Shown here: in pieces, positions 33,159-45,559 of the stretch
Layout of the letters: each line of letters starts with the position of its first letter
How positions within the stretch are numbered: position 1 is the first letter of the stretch
Origin: Rhynchopus sp. YZ270_cl-10
Lineage: Eukaryota
Reading direction: 5' to 3'
DNA length: 64,000 nt
NCBI GenBank assembly: GCA_964035575.1
Contig: OZ037840.1
Coordinates: forward strand, 1,798,001 to 1,862,000
The notes under the pieces: generated by a model
Seen by the model: only the letters and a program-made list of their open reading frames with translations
Database searches by the model: none
Told to the model about the DNA's origin: nothing
Made by a program: the position numbers and the translations under genes

Positions 33159-35276
33159 ATGGGATGCATGGCGTTCTTAGAGAGCGCGCTGACGATTGAC
33201 GGCACACTGTCACAGAAGGAGGCGAAGAAGCGGCGGCTCTTCTTCTGGGTCGCTGTGATATCGGCCGTGTTCTCGATGTTCTCTGTTTTGGGGACTGGGC
33301 TGTTTTCGAAGGTTCTTGACACTGCGGCGATGATGCTGCTCCTGTCGACCTACGTCGTGACTGTCGTGTGGATACTGTGCAAACAGCCGATGAAGCCCAC
33401 TTACATGGTTGGTGTGCTATATTTACAAAGCGCCATCATTCTTGTCTGGGACCTCAATGCGCGTGTGATCTTGCGCTTCTCGTGGCCACTTATGGTGCTC
33501 TGTGTTGACCTGTTGCTTGTGTTGGAGGTGCCTGCACGGTACACAGTTGGGTTGGTGTGCTTTACAATTGGGTGGCTTGTGGTGTTGGCGCTGGAGGAGA
33601 CGTTTCGCTTTGGGATCTTCGACATGCCTTTGTTGCTTGAGCAGTGGGGGCGCGAGGAGTACTTCAGGGAGCGCACGCAGTGCGGTGAGAAGCTGCCGTG
33701 CAAGGCGCCGTTTCCCTTTGGTGCGCTTGCGATTGGCCTTGCCGTGTTTGTGTTGGACTTTATCGCAACGCGAGGCTTTGCGCATGCAGTGCTGAAGGAG
33801 CAGGCCGCCATGGAGCGCACCATCAGCGTGGTGCAGGAGATCGCCTCTCTCCTTGCCAAATACGACGTGGAAGGGGTCTCCCGCATGCTCGAAACACAGC
33901 GAGACCAGCTCCCAGAGGAGATGCACGCCACGCTGCACAGGATGGAGGAGAACCTGCGCCGCTACAGACCGTACCTCCCTGCTGCGCTGTTCGACGAGGA
34001 AGAGGCTGTGCCTCAGGAACCCAACATCAACGTCGCACCACCAGGGGTCGACCACGATGTCGCAACGATAGTGTTCACAGACATCCGCCTCTCGACGTCG
34101 ATATGGGAATGCGCCCCAGAAGGCATGCGTGCAGGCCTCCGCACCCACAACGCAGTGATCCGCTCTGTGATGCAAGCCTTCAACGGATACGAAGTGAAAA
34201 CCATCGGCGATGCCTTCATGGTTGCCTTCGAAAAGACTGTCGACGGTGTCAACTTCGGCCTCCGTGTACACGAAGCGTTGCGCAGCGCCGACTGGCCCGC
34301 TTCTCTTCTCGAAAACGCTCCGATCTGTGCTGACCAGGGCCCACTCTGGGGTGGGCTGACTGTACGCATTGGTGTGAACAGTGGTCCGGTCGATGTCGAG
34401 CACTGTCTTCTGACGGGACGGACAGACTACTTCGGGCACACCGTGAACGTCGCTGCACGGCTTGAAAGTGTGTGCACACCTGGCGCTGTGGCCATATGCT
34501 GTGATCTTTGGGAGGCGTCGTGCTCGGACCTTTCTGCTGTCTCCTGCAAAGCGCAGCTGGTGGATCTCAAAGGCGTCTCCGACAGCGTGCGTATCACAAG
34601 CCTCTGGCCGGTCTCTCTTGCAGGAAGACGTAACGTGCACCTCCGTGATGCGGCAGGGACACGCCAGCTCGCAGACAACGCGTCTGAGTTCAATGAGTCT
34701 GGCTTTTCGTCGCGCGCCAGCGCATCTACACATGCATCGAACTCTATGTCGCCCCTGCAGCATGTCTCAGCCGTGTCGCAGGTGTCCGCCACGATAGGTG
34801 TTGTGGATGTGTCCGTGGGTGATGAATACGACGCAGACGCGTTGCGCATCATGAGTGCAGGGCTGTCGACGTTGACAGTCGCGTTGGACCAGAGTGGTGG
34901 TGTGCTGGTCACCCTGCTTGGGAGTCGCGTCTGCGTGGGGTGGAACCTGACGCGCGCCACGCTGGCACACATGGAGAACGCAGTGCGCTTTGTGCAAAGG
35001 ATGAAGCGGACAGCCCTGCTCCTCGGTGCAGGCTTTTCGAGTGGTGTCGTGCAGCATGGTGACGTGGGTGCAAGGACACAGCGTTTTGTGACGGTGATGG
35101 GGCCCACAGTGCGTGCCTGCTGGGTGCTGTGCGATGAGGCGGTGCGAGCAGGGTGTTGTCTGTACGAGCCGCAGGAAGGCTTGCTCCCGCCAGCAGTCGA
35201 ATCCATGGTGTCGCCCTTCCAAGTGCGCGACGGAGTGTACACCATAAATGAAATATGTCGGGAGAGCATTTATTGA
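33159..35276 (+). CDS. Multi-TM class III adenylate cyclase with one canonical and one degenerate cyclase domain
   Basis: ATIVFTDIRLST, GYEVKTIGDAFMVAF, VRIGVNSG and TDYFGHTVNVAARLES: both metal-binding Asp, the ATP-specifying Lys/Asp and the Asn/Arg pair are present. About 6 N-terminal TMs. Confidence 0.93.
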   Translation: MGCMAFLESALTIDGTLSQKEAKKRRLFFWVAVISAVFSMFSVLGTGLFSKVLDTAAMMLLLSTYVVTVVWILCKQPMKPTYMVGVLYLQSAIILVWDLNARVILRFSWPLMVLCVDLLLVLEVPARYTVGLVCFTIGWLVVLALEETFRFGIFDMPLLLEQWGREEYFRERTQCGEKLPCKAPFPFGALAIGLAVFVLDFIATRGFAHAVLKEQAAMERTISVVQEIASLLAKYDVEGVSRMLETQRDQLPEEMHATLHRMEENLRRYRPYLPAALFDEEEAVPQEPNINVAPPGVDHDVATIVFTDIRLSTSIWECAPEGMRAGLRTHNAVIRSVMQAFNGYEVKTIGDAFMVAFEKTVDGVNFGLRVHEALRSADWPASLLENAPICADQGPLWGGLTVRIGVNSGPVDVEHCLLTGRTDYFGHTVNVAARLESVCTPGAVAICCDLWEASCSDLSAVSCKAQLVDLKGVSDSVRITSLWPVSLAGRRNVHLRDAAGTRQLADNASEFNESGFSSRASASTHASNSMSPLQHVSAVSQVSATIGVVDVSVGDEYDADALRIMSAGLSTLTVALDQSGGVLVTLLGSRVCVGWNLTRATLAHMENAVRFVQRMKRTALLLGAGFSSGVVQHGDVGARTQRFVTVMGPTVRACWVLCDEAVRAGCCLYEPQEGLLPPAVESMVSPFQVRDGVYTINEICRESIY

Positions 35277-36682
35277 GACCCGAAACCCTATTTTGGGGCA
35301 GGATTCACCCGTAAATGGTCAAATTTTTTCACTTCAAAAAAATAATGAAGTCACAAAATTTTCTGTGAGCGTTGGACCCCCAAGCCTTTTACGGGCCAAT
35401 AACTGTACAATACTAAGATGGAAAATGGAAAAAGAGAACTGTGAAGAATAAGACAAAAAAGAGTTAGGTTTTTGAGTGCGCTTACACAGAGGACTTCAGC
35501 AGAGCAAACTAGATGAAGCTGGCGTCATGAATTGGAAGAAACACCGAGAACTGCTTTTCCGAGCACACGTTCACCGTCTTTATTTTAATTGTTGAGGGAG
35601 AAATGTGTACTACCTTGTCTGGTGTTTTTTGGTTTGCAGGCCTTCAGTGTGCCGAACTGTGAGATTGTGTTTTCCAGCACAATTCTCCTCTACTTTATTT
35701 CTAGGTGGCTAAGCACTCTCTCGGCTTACAGTTCATCTGACAAAACATTCCTTCTTTCAAGGACATTTGCATTGGGTTTGTGTCCCCCTTTGTTTTCCCC
35801 ACCCCAGGCTCCTTCTGATGAGCGTTGGTCACAGGGCTAAATCCTGGTCAAGGAGCAGACCGCCTAAACCAGACATTTACTCTGTTACTAACCCCTTTCA
35901 TTTTGTGTGGAAGCGTACAACTAACAAACTCTCCCCCTATTTCGTTTCCCGTTTTTCCTGTGTGGGCGAAGATAGTTATTGACACCGTAGTATTTTTGTA
36001 TTCGCACCCTCTTTGCCTTCTTTTCGTTTAGAAAAGAACGTATACTATAGATGAAATAATTATTTCCACGGAGAGCTGGCCAAAAAGAGACAGAATGGGG
36101 AGATCCGGGTGCCCCAACAACACTATTCACAAAAAATCACAAAAAATCACTGAGAAGATATTGTAAGTCGCAAATTTTAAAGAGATCTTGCTTTTCCTTT
36201 ATCTTTTGCAGTTAACACCATACAGCACAGTGATACTCATTTGTCTATGCTTTCTTCGGAAAAACAAAAACCACAGCAATGCAGAGAGAACCAATTTTTT
36301 GTTTTTTTTCAAATACTTTCAATTCTGTGAACTGAAAGTATATGAATCTAATTTTTTACCATCTTTTTTTATTACTAGTAACCCCCCCCCTCTGACACCA
36401 CTATGTGTGCAAGGATGAGGGGGTCAAACCCATAATTGTGTACGAGATTTAGGTGTTTAAGTGTTGTCGTGAAAGGCTAAGGCTCTTTCGAACCAGCTTT
36501 ATTGGGTTTATTCTTTGTTGTCCTGACTCTCCCACTGCAGCGAGGTGCTGTGACGTTTTGTTTACACATTACTGAAAAATTATCAGAAAATGGATGTTTT
36601 TTTGTGGTATTTTCACACAAGCCTCTCTCAACACACAACGTCTTCAGAGGTGTTTCGGCACAAAAAAAAAAAGAACACAACG

Positions 36683-38386
36683 ATGACAATGATGTGCCGC
36701 TGCTTCGACGCAATGCTTTCACTGGACGGGACGTTGGGGAAGAGAGAGAAGCAGAAGAGAACACTCTTCTTCGCGATGAACGTTGCTGCCTTTGTGATCC
36801 AGTTCGGTTCTGTGTTCGACTCGCTGAGGGACTCCCGCGGGCGGCACTTCTTTGCGATCGCCAGCGCTTTAGCGATTCTTGCGTCGGTCTTAGCCGTTTT
36901 GCTTGTCCTCTTCAGGTGCCAGCTGACGACGTGCCGTGTTGTGGGGATTGCCTTCCTTTATGCGTTTGCTGTGTTTTTTATAGACCTGACTGCACGGGCA
37001 CGTGGCAAAACGGCGTGGCCGATATTAGTGCTAGTGGTGGACTACATGCTTGTGATGCAGGTGCCTGCACACTACAGTGTGTGTCTGGTGTGCACGACGT
37101 TGGTGTACTTCCATGTCATGGCTGCTGAGGAGGCGTGGCGCTTTGGGCTTCTCGACATCCCCGGCATCATGCCGCAGTCAGAGCGCAGGCGCTACAACGA
37201 TGAGGTAAGTCAGTGCGCGGAGCTCCCCTGTGGAACCAGCTCCGTACACTACCTCGTGGCCGCAACTATGGTCTTCATCATCGACTTCATCGCAACACGA
37301 GGCTTCGCGCAGGGTCTCCTGAAGGAGCAGGCATCAATGGAGCGGACAATCAACGCTGTGCAGGAGATCGCCTCGCTGCTTGCGGGGTACGACGTGGAGC
37401 AGGTGGCGGAGCTGTTGGCAACACACGAACACGAGCTGCCTGAGGGGATGACGACGGCACTGCGGAGTCTTGAGGAGAACCTGCGTGTGTACAAGGCGTA
37501 CCTCCCTCAGACGTGTCTGCCGTTTTTTAACGAAAAGGACAACGATTCTAACTCTGGCGACTCTGGGAGTTGTGCAGAAGAAGCAGAGTCAATATCTAAC
37601 CAGTCTTCAGACGCCAGACTCATCCAACCTGTCCACTTGCAGCAGCTAGGTCTGTCCTCCATAAAGGCAACACTGCTGACACTGAACATCAAAGACACGT
37701 TGCACCGCTTGGAGGAGGACAGTGCACGCTTCTCCGACCTGTTCACAACTCTTCTTCTGAAGACGTTGCAGGCAACGGACTTGCGTCGTGGGATGGTGGA
37801 CGTCTTTGCTGGAGACAGGATCCACTGCTCGTTCAACACATCAAAGCAGTGTGCACCACACGCAACCTCAGCACTGCACACAGCCACATTGCTGCTCAGA
37901 GGTGGTGTCGCATCGTATGCGAACATGGGCGTGGCGACGGGGAATGTGCTGCGTGGTGACATGGGGTGTGAGGTGATGCGCCGCTTCAGCATGGTGGGTG
38001 CGCTTGTGCGTGATGTGCAGGGCATGGAACGTGCAGGACGCATGCTTGGCTGCGACGTGCTCTGCAACCGCCTCTGCTTTAGTGATGCTGAGTGCGAACA
38101 CCATCTGCGTCTGCTGCCGTGCAAGGTGGCAATTTCTGCTGCGTGCGAGGGGCAGGTAGTGGCGGAGCTGGTGATCGAGGAAGAGGACAAGCCTGATCTG
38201 GAAGAGTGGATGTACATGATCGGAAACAACCACTGGGAGGGCTACAACATTGTTGTGCGTGGGTACCTGCGTGGCGAGCGCTCTCCCAGCGACGTTGCTA
38301 AGGTGTGGTCCCATGCTGGCGGCAGCGGCACACCCGAAAAGGCAGTTCCTTCCGGTGCAGTGTCGTGCGTCTACATAAATAAGTGA
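36683..38386 (+). CDS. Multi-TM cyclase-like protein with degenerate class III domain
   Basis: TM region homologous to 33159; ATLLTLNIKD / MVDVFAGDRIHCSFN / NMGVATG; start placed at MTMMCRC by paralog comparison. Confidence 0.88.
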   Translation: MTMMCRCFDAMLSLDGTLGKREKQKRTLFFAMNVAAFVIQFGSVFDSLRDSRGRHFFAIASALAILASVLAVLLVLFRCQLTTCRVVGIAFLYAFAVFFIDLTARARGKTAWPILVLVVDYMLVMQVPAHYSVCLVCTTLVYFHVMAAEEAWRFGLLDIPGIMPQSERRRYNDEVSQCAELPCGTSSVHYLVAATMVFIIDFIATRGFAQGLLKEQASMERTINAVQEIASLLAGYDVEQVAELLATHEHELPEGMTTALRSLEENLRVYKAYLPQTCLPFFNEKDNDSNSGDSGSCAEEAESISNQSSDARLIQPVHLQQLGLSSIKATLLTLNIKDTLHRLEEDSARFSDLFTTLLLKTLQATDLRRGMVDVFAGDRIHCSFNTSKQCAPHATSALHTATLLLRGGVASYANMGVATGNVLRGDMGCEVMRRFSMVGALVRDVQGMERAGRMLGCDVLCNRLCFSDAECEHHLRLLPCKVAISAACEGQVVAELVIEEEDKPDLEEWMYMIGNNHWEGYNIVVRGYLRGERSPSDVAKVWSHAGGSGTPEKAVPSGAVSCVYINK

Positions 38387-38608
38387 TTGTGACGGAGGCT
38401 CATTTTTTTCGCGGGTTCGATAGGCCGCGAAGAACCAGTGCCTACGTGCGCCGATGAACGGTGAGGCGTTTGCACTTTCAACTTATCCTTACTTAATTCT
38501 GTTCACACCATTACAAGCCTACTTTGCTAATTTTTTTGTGCCCCAACCTTTCCCTTCCCACCGACCTACGTACCTACCTTAAACACAGCAACACTTTTGC
38601 ACAGCACC

Positions 38609-39667
38609 ATGGACCTGCACGTGGCCCTTGACGGACGTGAGGAGCTGGTGCCTATGTCAACTGAGGCCACTGGGGGTGCACTCCGCAACCATGTTGCTGT
38701 AGTGTTTCGTCTGCTGCGAGACACGTTTGAGATGCGCACGCAACGTTCGGATGGTGTGCACTGCATCGAGGACGACGCCAAGCTGCGCAGCTGTCTTGAG
38801 GTGCCTTCTGTCACTCTTGTACCTAATGTACGGAGCGCCGCACGCACGCTGCTTGAAGATCACCACTCCATCCTGCCTGACGAGTACGACACAGCACTGC
38901 AGGACGCACTGCTCACAGACAAGGATCTCACGTTGCTGCTACTGGAGGCAGGCGCGGACCCGAACCCTCCCTTCGAGAGCCTTCTGGAACGTGCCGTGCT
39001 GGCGAAGGATGTGTGGGCAGTGACGACGTTGCTGCAGCACGGTGCGGAGCCGAACCCATCGCGTACGTGGTACCTGGCCGGGCCGGTGGCGGCAGGCGAC
39101 GTGGAGGTGGTGCGTGCACTGCTTGCAGGTGGCTGCCACGCGACGCACGGCGGGAATCGGACACTCCTCCACATCGCAGCTGCAGCAGACCAGGTGGAGT
39201 CCCTGCGGCTGCTTCTGCGGTACGGAGGGGACGTCACACAGCGCTGCTTCATGGGCACGACGGCGCTGCACAGTTGTATGTCTCAGGCCTGCATGCGCCT
39301 TCTCGTGGACGCAGGCGCGTCAGTCACGCAACGCGACTACCGAGGACGCGACCCGCTCCGCCTCTTCCTGGACGGCTCCTTTCTCGAGGTGGTGTGCGGC
39401 ACAGAACACTTCAAGACGTGTGTCGAGGCTGAGGATGACCTAGGGCACACACCCCTGCAGACGTGTGTCCTGCACGCCTCTCAGGGCGATGTGGCGAAGG
39501 CGGAATACGGCAAAAAGCTGATCGCAGCAGGTGTCTCCCCGACACGTGGTCTGGAGATGGTCGCTAGCATGTACCCCGCCTACGCAAGGGAGATCCACGA
39601 CGTACGTCTGGGCGACAGCGAGCGTGCGAAGCTGTTGATACTCTTACTGGGTGACCTCACGTTGTGA
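38609..39667 (+). CDS. Ubiquitin-like domain + ankyrin-repeat protein
   Basis: Ankyrin motifs LLLEAGADPN, TLLHIAAA, LLLRYGGDV, GTTALH; N-terminal ~75 aa have a Ubl-like pattern (weaker than in the other five). Confidence 0.85.
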   Translation: MDLHVALDGREELVPMSTEATGGALRNHVAVVFRLLRDTFEMRTQRSDGVHCIEDDAKLRSCLEVPSVTLVPNVRSAARTLLEDHHSILPDEYDTALQDALLTDKDLTLLLLEAGADPNPPFESLLERAVLAKDVWAVTTLLQHGAEPNPSRTWYLAGPVAAGDVEVVRALLAGGCHATHGGNRTLLHIAAAADQVESLRLLLRYGGDVTQRCFMGTTALHSCMSQACMRLLVDAGASVTQRDYRGRDPLRLFLDGSFLEVVCGTEHFKTCVEAEDDLGHTPLQTCVLHASQGDVAKAEYGKKLIAAGVSPTRGLEMVASMYPAYAREIHDVRLGDSERAKLLILLLGDLTL

Positions 39668-40868
39668 AAGGTGAATGGGTAGTAGTGGTCGTGGTGGTGA
39701 CCTAATGTCTCCTGTCTCAGTCGGAACAGCAGTAAGAAACCTGCTTGAGGTTTGCAGGGGGACACAGAGTTTTTTATTCTTGACTTGAAGTGATATTTTG
39801 ACTCTTTTTTTGTGTAGATTTTGTTTTTTTTTGCCTGCGTTTCAGAGAGAAACCCTCATCTTTTAACTAAGCGTGAGAGGCCCAGGCTTGTCTATTTTCT
39901 TCTTTTCTGATGAATTAATTTTCTGATTTTTTTAAACGGGTTTGCCCTGTGGTTTGTCCTGTGGTTTGTCCTACTGGTGTATTTCTCGCATTTTTATCGA
40001 GCCTTAATCTTGCTTTGGGAAGGCTCGTTTTTCCATTTAGGGTGTTTGTGACATTAAACGGAAAAACGAGCTTTCCTAAGACGTTTTTATTAAACCTACC
40101 ATCGCTTAAGAGATTTGTGCGTCACTTGAGGCCACGAAGATGTGTACTACTGTGATGGGAGTTTGTCCTTTGTCTTTCTGTGGCCACTCAAAGGTGTGTC
40201 TTTGGCATAATATTATGATATTGCAAAAGGCTTTCAGAGCTCATCTTTTTTTATCTTTCTTTCTCGAGACAAATGTGCAGCTTTTTTAAAAGCGTCCTAG
40301 CCGTCATGCACGATTCTACAGTAAGAACCTTTGCAGATGCGCTCCCCAGTTTGAGTCTTCATCAGTCTCGTCTGTTTCAGGCTGATGTGCTTCATCGCAC
40401 AACTCTGCTTGCAAGGGATAATATTGTTCACTTAGCGTTCAGCTTTAAATGAGCAAGCATAAAAAGCCTTGGGTACATCTTTGCTTTTCTTTGCTTCTCT
40501 TTTGAAACAGACATTCTTTGCTGACTGATGTGGGGCAAGCAATAAGAGTTCTCTACCCCGTTCCCCTTTTTTGTCATCTTTGAACGGTCTCGAGAGTAGG
40601 AGGCATCGAGTGTTGCAGTGTTCTCCGCAGTGCCTGGTCATGTGGTCACGACAGACATATGTACCATCGTCCCTGCAGAGCTGCTGTTGACAAGCAAGGC
40701 GGCACACGTGTCTTGTTTAAGGGAAGAGATGCATCGTAATAGGTGCGTCAGCCATGTTTCTCTCGCAACACACACACACACACAGGTATTTGTTACACAG
40801 AAACCACCCTTGGTGAGTTCCTCTCACTATTGTGCAGAACGTTTTACCACACCAAGCCCTTTGACACG

Positions 40869-42622
40869 ATGCGTGCCTTCCCACGATGTCTCGAAGCCGT
40901 GCTGTCGCTGGACGGGACGCTGAGCTCACAAGAGCAGCATCAGCGGACACTGTTCTTCTGGATGAATATAGCAGCGATGGTGTTTGGGTTGGGCCTTTTG
41001 GGTGTACTCGGCAGGACGATGCATGAACGGTCTGTGGACATTATCGGTTGTGTGTTCTACGCGAGTGCAACGTGCACAGCTGTGCTGTCTGTGCTGTGCA
41101 GGCGGAGGGTGAGCACTCTCCTCGTCGTTACCGTTACCTTGCTGTACGTGGCTGCAGTTCTCTGTTTCAATGTTTCACAGAGATCAATTGGCAGCGCTGT
41201 TGTGTGGTCGAGCCTCATTCTGATGGTGGACTTTCTTCTTGTGATGCAAACGCCACAGTCTTACAGCACCGCTCTTGTCGGCTTCACGTGCCTCTGGCTG
41301 GTGGTGATGTACGTTGAGGAACGTGTACGTTTTGGTGTGCTGGACATGCCTGGCCTAGCACCACAGGAGTCTCGAAGGGCTCACTTCGAATCCTTAACGG
41401 ACTGCACAGAGCTTCCTTGCGCACATGACACAAGTCGTGTACTGGTTTCTTCGCTTTGTCTCTTCCTATTAGATTACATGGCAACACGAGGCTTTGCACG
41501 TGGCATCCTGAAGGAGCAGGCATCAATGGAGCGGACAATCAACGCTGTGCAGGAGATCGCCTCGCTGCTTGCGGGGTACGACGTGGAGAAGGTGGCGGAG
41601 CTGTTGGCAACACATGAACACGAGCTGCCTGAGGGGATGACGACGGCACTGCGGAGTCTTGAGGAGAACCTGCGTGTGTACAAGGCGTACCTCCCACAGA
41701 CGTGTCTGCCGTTTGAACGGAGGAAGTCCCCTTTTGGGCAGGAAGTCAACAGTGATGAGGGTTCCATTTCCTCTGTCGAATCGTTGTCAGCTGTCGTGCA
41801 CGTGAAGACATCGCCGTCATTAGGCCTGTCCCCAACAAAGGCAACACTGCTGACACTGAACATCAAAGACACGTTGCACCGCTTGGAGGAGGACAGTGCA
41901 CGCTTCTCCGACCTGTTCACAACTCTTCTTCTGAAGACGTTGCAGGCAACAGAAGTGCATCGTGGGATGGTGGACGTCTTTGTTGGGGACAGGATCCACT
42001 GCTCTTTCAACACGTCGAAATCATGTGCGTCACACGCAACCTCAGCACTGCACACAGCCGCATTGCTGCTGCGTGATGATGACATTGCACCACATGTGAA
42101 CATGGGAGTTGCGACTGGTAAAATGCTGTGTGGTGACATGGGGTGTGAGGTGATGCGCCGCTTCAGCATGGTGGGTGCGCTTGTGCGTGATGTGAACGTG
42201 CTGGAACGTGCTGGCCGTGTGTTGGGGTACAGTGCTCTTTGCAACCGCCTCTGCTTCAGTGATACTGAGTGCGAACACGAACTGCGCCTGGTTCCTTGCA
42301 AGGTGGAAGTTGATGAGTCCCGTGAGGAGTTGTTGCTGAGTTGGTTGTGCCGAAGGAGCATACACAGAGTGTTGTTTCACAGGATGAGTGGATGTACATG
42401 ATGGAGGGATACAAACAGTGGGAGGAGTACAACACAGCTGTGCGTGGGTACCTGAAGGGTGAGGTGTCTGCTTCTGCTGTGGCAAAAGCGGCACAGAGCA
42501 AGAGCAACACAAAGACCGTCCACAATCTTGGTGATTTGCCTCCACAGTGCGAGGTTCTCCAGCTGTCGGTGCCGACGAAGGATGTGGCTGCTTCTGTGAC
42601 GTCTGTGTGGTCATTTTCTTGA
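40869..42622 (+). pseudogene. Multi-TM cyclase-like paralog with a 1-bp frameshift (pseudogene or sequencing error)
   Basis: GAGGAGTTGTT at ~42329 versus GAGGAGGTTGTT in the paralogs; ORF split into 40743..42401 and 42341..42622. Confidence 0.7.
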
Positions 42623-42967
42623 ACACCCATTTTCCAGTGCCGTGTTCATTTCGTATTTTTTTTCGGGACAGGTAGTTTACCCCACTACGTTCCGCCATTG
42701 GCTCGGACAGTCCAAAAAGGTGGGAGAAGAAGAAAACGTATTTTGGATCCCCACCTTTTCCTTTCCACTTTTGAATGAGTGCATTCTCTTACGGTAACTG
42801 TAACCTTCAAAACCCCTTCTTAACATAACATATTATTGCCGTGGTGTATATCTCCTTGATGATTCGGCCACATTGAGTACAGACCCGAATTCTTCCGCCA
42901 TTCCGGTGATCGCCCCACACGAGGCTTTTTTTGTGATCTTTGAACACTCTCATGTAAGGGATAGGGT

Positions 42968-45025
42968 ACAATGTTAATAAAGAAGAACAGTGTCCTCTTA
43001 TGCTGCTCTTGTGAGCTCAGCGTCCCGTCCAGCGACAGCACGGCTTCGAGCCAACGTGGGAAGGCACGCATCGTGGGTGCCAAAGGGGACAAACAAACTA
43101 AAATGTTCTGCACAATGAACAACTTGCAATGAGAGAGGAACCCACCAAGGATGGTATCTGTGTTACAAATACCTGTGTGTGGGGTGTTGCGAGAGAAACA
43201 TGGCTGACTCACCTCTGGCACCTTGAAGCCTATTACGACGCTTGCATCTCTTCCCTTAAACAAGACACGTGTGCCGCCCTGCTTGTCACAGCACAGCTCT
43301 GCAGGGATGTGTACGGCACGACGGTACATATGTCTGTCGTGACCACATGACCAGGCACTGCGGAGAACACTGCAGGCGATGGTGTTTGTATTTTCCCTTG
43401 TGGGTGTACTCAGCAAAACTATGCATGAGCGGTCTTTGAACATTATCGGTTGTGTGCTTTTCCTGACTGCGTCGTGCACAGCTGTGCTGTCTGTGCTGTG
43501 CAGGCAGAGGCTGAGCAGTCTCCTTGTCGTTACCGTTGTCGCTCTCGACGTGGGTGCGCTTCTTTGTTACGATGTTTCACAGCGAGCGCTGGGCGGCACT
43601 GTGTGGGCGAACATCATTCTGCTGGTGGACTTCCTTCTTGTGATGCAAACGCCACAGCGATACACTATCGCTATTGTCAGCTTCTCGTGCCTTTGGCTGG
43701 TGGTGATGTACGTTGAGGAACGTGTACGTTTTGGTGTGCTGGACATGCCTGGCCTAGCAACACAGGAATCTCGAAGGGCTCACTTTGAATCCTTAATCCT
43801 TAATCCTTAACGGAATGCACAGAACTCCCTTGCGCACATGACAAGACGTATGCTGCTTTCTTCGCTTGCTCTTTTCCTATTTGACTTCATCGCAACACGA
43901 GGCTTTGCACGCACTGTGCTGAAAGAGCAGGCAACAATGCAGCGGACGATCAACGCTGTTCAGGAGATCGCCTCGCTGCTTGCGGGGTACGACGTGGAGC
44001 AGGTGGCGGAGCTGTTGGCAACACATGAACACGAGCTGCCTGAGGGGATGACGACGGCACTGCGGAGGTTGGAGCAGAACCTGCGTGTGTACAAGGCGTA
44101 CCTCCCACAGACGTGTCTGCCGTTTGAACGGAGGATTCTAAAGGAAGTCGACAATGACGAGGGTTCCGTTTCCTCTGTCGAATCGTTGTCAGCTGTCGTG
44201 CACGTTACAACGTCACAGTCATTAGCTCTGTCCTCCGTAAAGGCAACACTGCTGACGCTGAACATCAAAGACACGTTGCACCGCTTGGAGGAGGACAGTG
44301 CACGCTTCTCCGACCTGTTCACAACTCTTCTTCTGAAGACGTTGCAGGCAACAGAAGTGCGTCGTGGGATGGTGGACGTCTTTGTTGGGGACAGGATCCA
44401 CTGCTCGTTCAACACGTCGAAGTCATGTGCGTCACACGCAACCTCAGCACTGCACACGGCCACATTGTTGCTGCGTGATGATGACATTGCACCACATGTG
44501 AATATGGGAGTTGCGACTGGTAAAATGCTGTGTGGTGACATGGGGTGTGAGGTGATGCGCCGCTTCAGCATGGTGGGTGCGCTTGTGCGTGATGTGAACG
44601 TGCTGGAACGTGCTGGCCGTGTGTTGGGGTACAGTGCTCTTTGCAACCGCCTCTGCTTCAGTGATACTGAGTGCGAACACGAACTGCGCCTGGTTCCTTG
44701 CAAGGTGGAAGTTGATGAGTCCCGTGAGGAGGTTGTTGCTGAGTTGGTTGTGCAGAAGGAGCATACACAGAGTGTTGTTTCACAGGATGAGTGGATGTAC
44801 ATGATGGAAGGATACAAACAGTGGGAGGAGTACAACACAGCTGTGCGTGGGTACCTGAAGGGTGAGGTGTCTGCTTCTGCTGTGGCAAAAGCGGCACAGA
44901 GCAAGAGCAACACAAAGACTGTCCACAATCTTGGTGATTTGCCTCCACAGTGCGAGGTTCTCCAGCTGTCGGTGCCGACGAAGGATGTGGCTGCTTCTGT
45001 GACGTCTGTGTGCTCATTTTCTTGA
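42968..45025 (+). pseudogene. Multi-TM cyclase-like paralog disrupted by a 5' inversion and a 14-bp insertion
   Basis: First ~30 codons and upstream region lie on the minus strand (42968-43376); AATCCTT triplicated at 43788-43808, causing a frameshift. Confidence 0.88.
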
Positions 45026-45559
45026 ACACCCATTTTCCAGTGCCGTGTTCTCATTTCGTATTTTATTTTGGGGGTCGTTTACCGCACTACGTTCCGCAAT
45101 GGGCTCGGACAGTCCATAAGAGTTCGAGAAGGAAATCATAAAAGAAACATGAAATGCCAGAGTACCGCCGCCATTCCTGTTATCGCCCCACAGGAGCCTT
45201 CTTTGTGAACTTTGAACGCTCTCATGTAAGGGATACAGGGTACCACCAATGGAGCATCAAACAACCAAAGAGCCGTCCTGCAGTGTTCTACAGTGCCTGG
45301 TCATGTGGTCACGACAGACATATGTACCATCGTCCCTGCAGGGCGGTACACGTGTCTTGTTTAAAGGAAGAGATGCAAGCGTCGTAATAGGCTTCGAGGT
45401 GCCAGAGGTGCGTTAGCCCAGCAAGTAATGTTCTCTCGCAACACCCCACACACACAGGTATTTGTTACACAGAAACCATCCTTGGTGGGTTCCTCTCTCA
45501 CTGCAATTTGTTTATTGTGCAGAACCTTTGTTGCTTTCTAACCAAGCCCTTTGGCAACC

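Noticed and set aside
33423..34763. Long minus-strand ORFs opposite genes (also 27309-28172, 41474-42361, 43960-45054, 59437-60399)
   Set aside because: Antisense shadows of GC-rich coding sequence with no recognisable motifs.
35915..35930. AACTAAC as a spliced-leader gene start
   Set aside because: The rest of the conserved leader (ACAGTTTCTGTAC) is absent.
42321..42345. Programmed frameshift or RNA editing site in the 40869 gene
   Set aside because: A single missing G in GG with no slippery sequence; mutation or consensus error is simpler. Raw reads are needed to decide.
42820..43479. 219-aa minus-strand ORF as an independent gene
   Set aside because: It is a by-product of the inversion, joining antisense CDS, upstream DNA and the flipped N-terminus.
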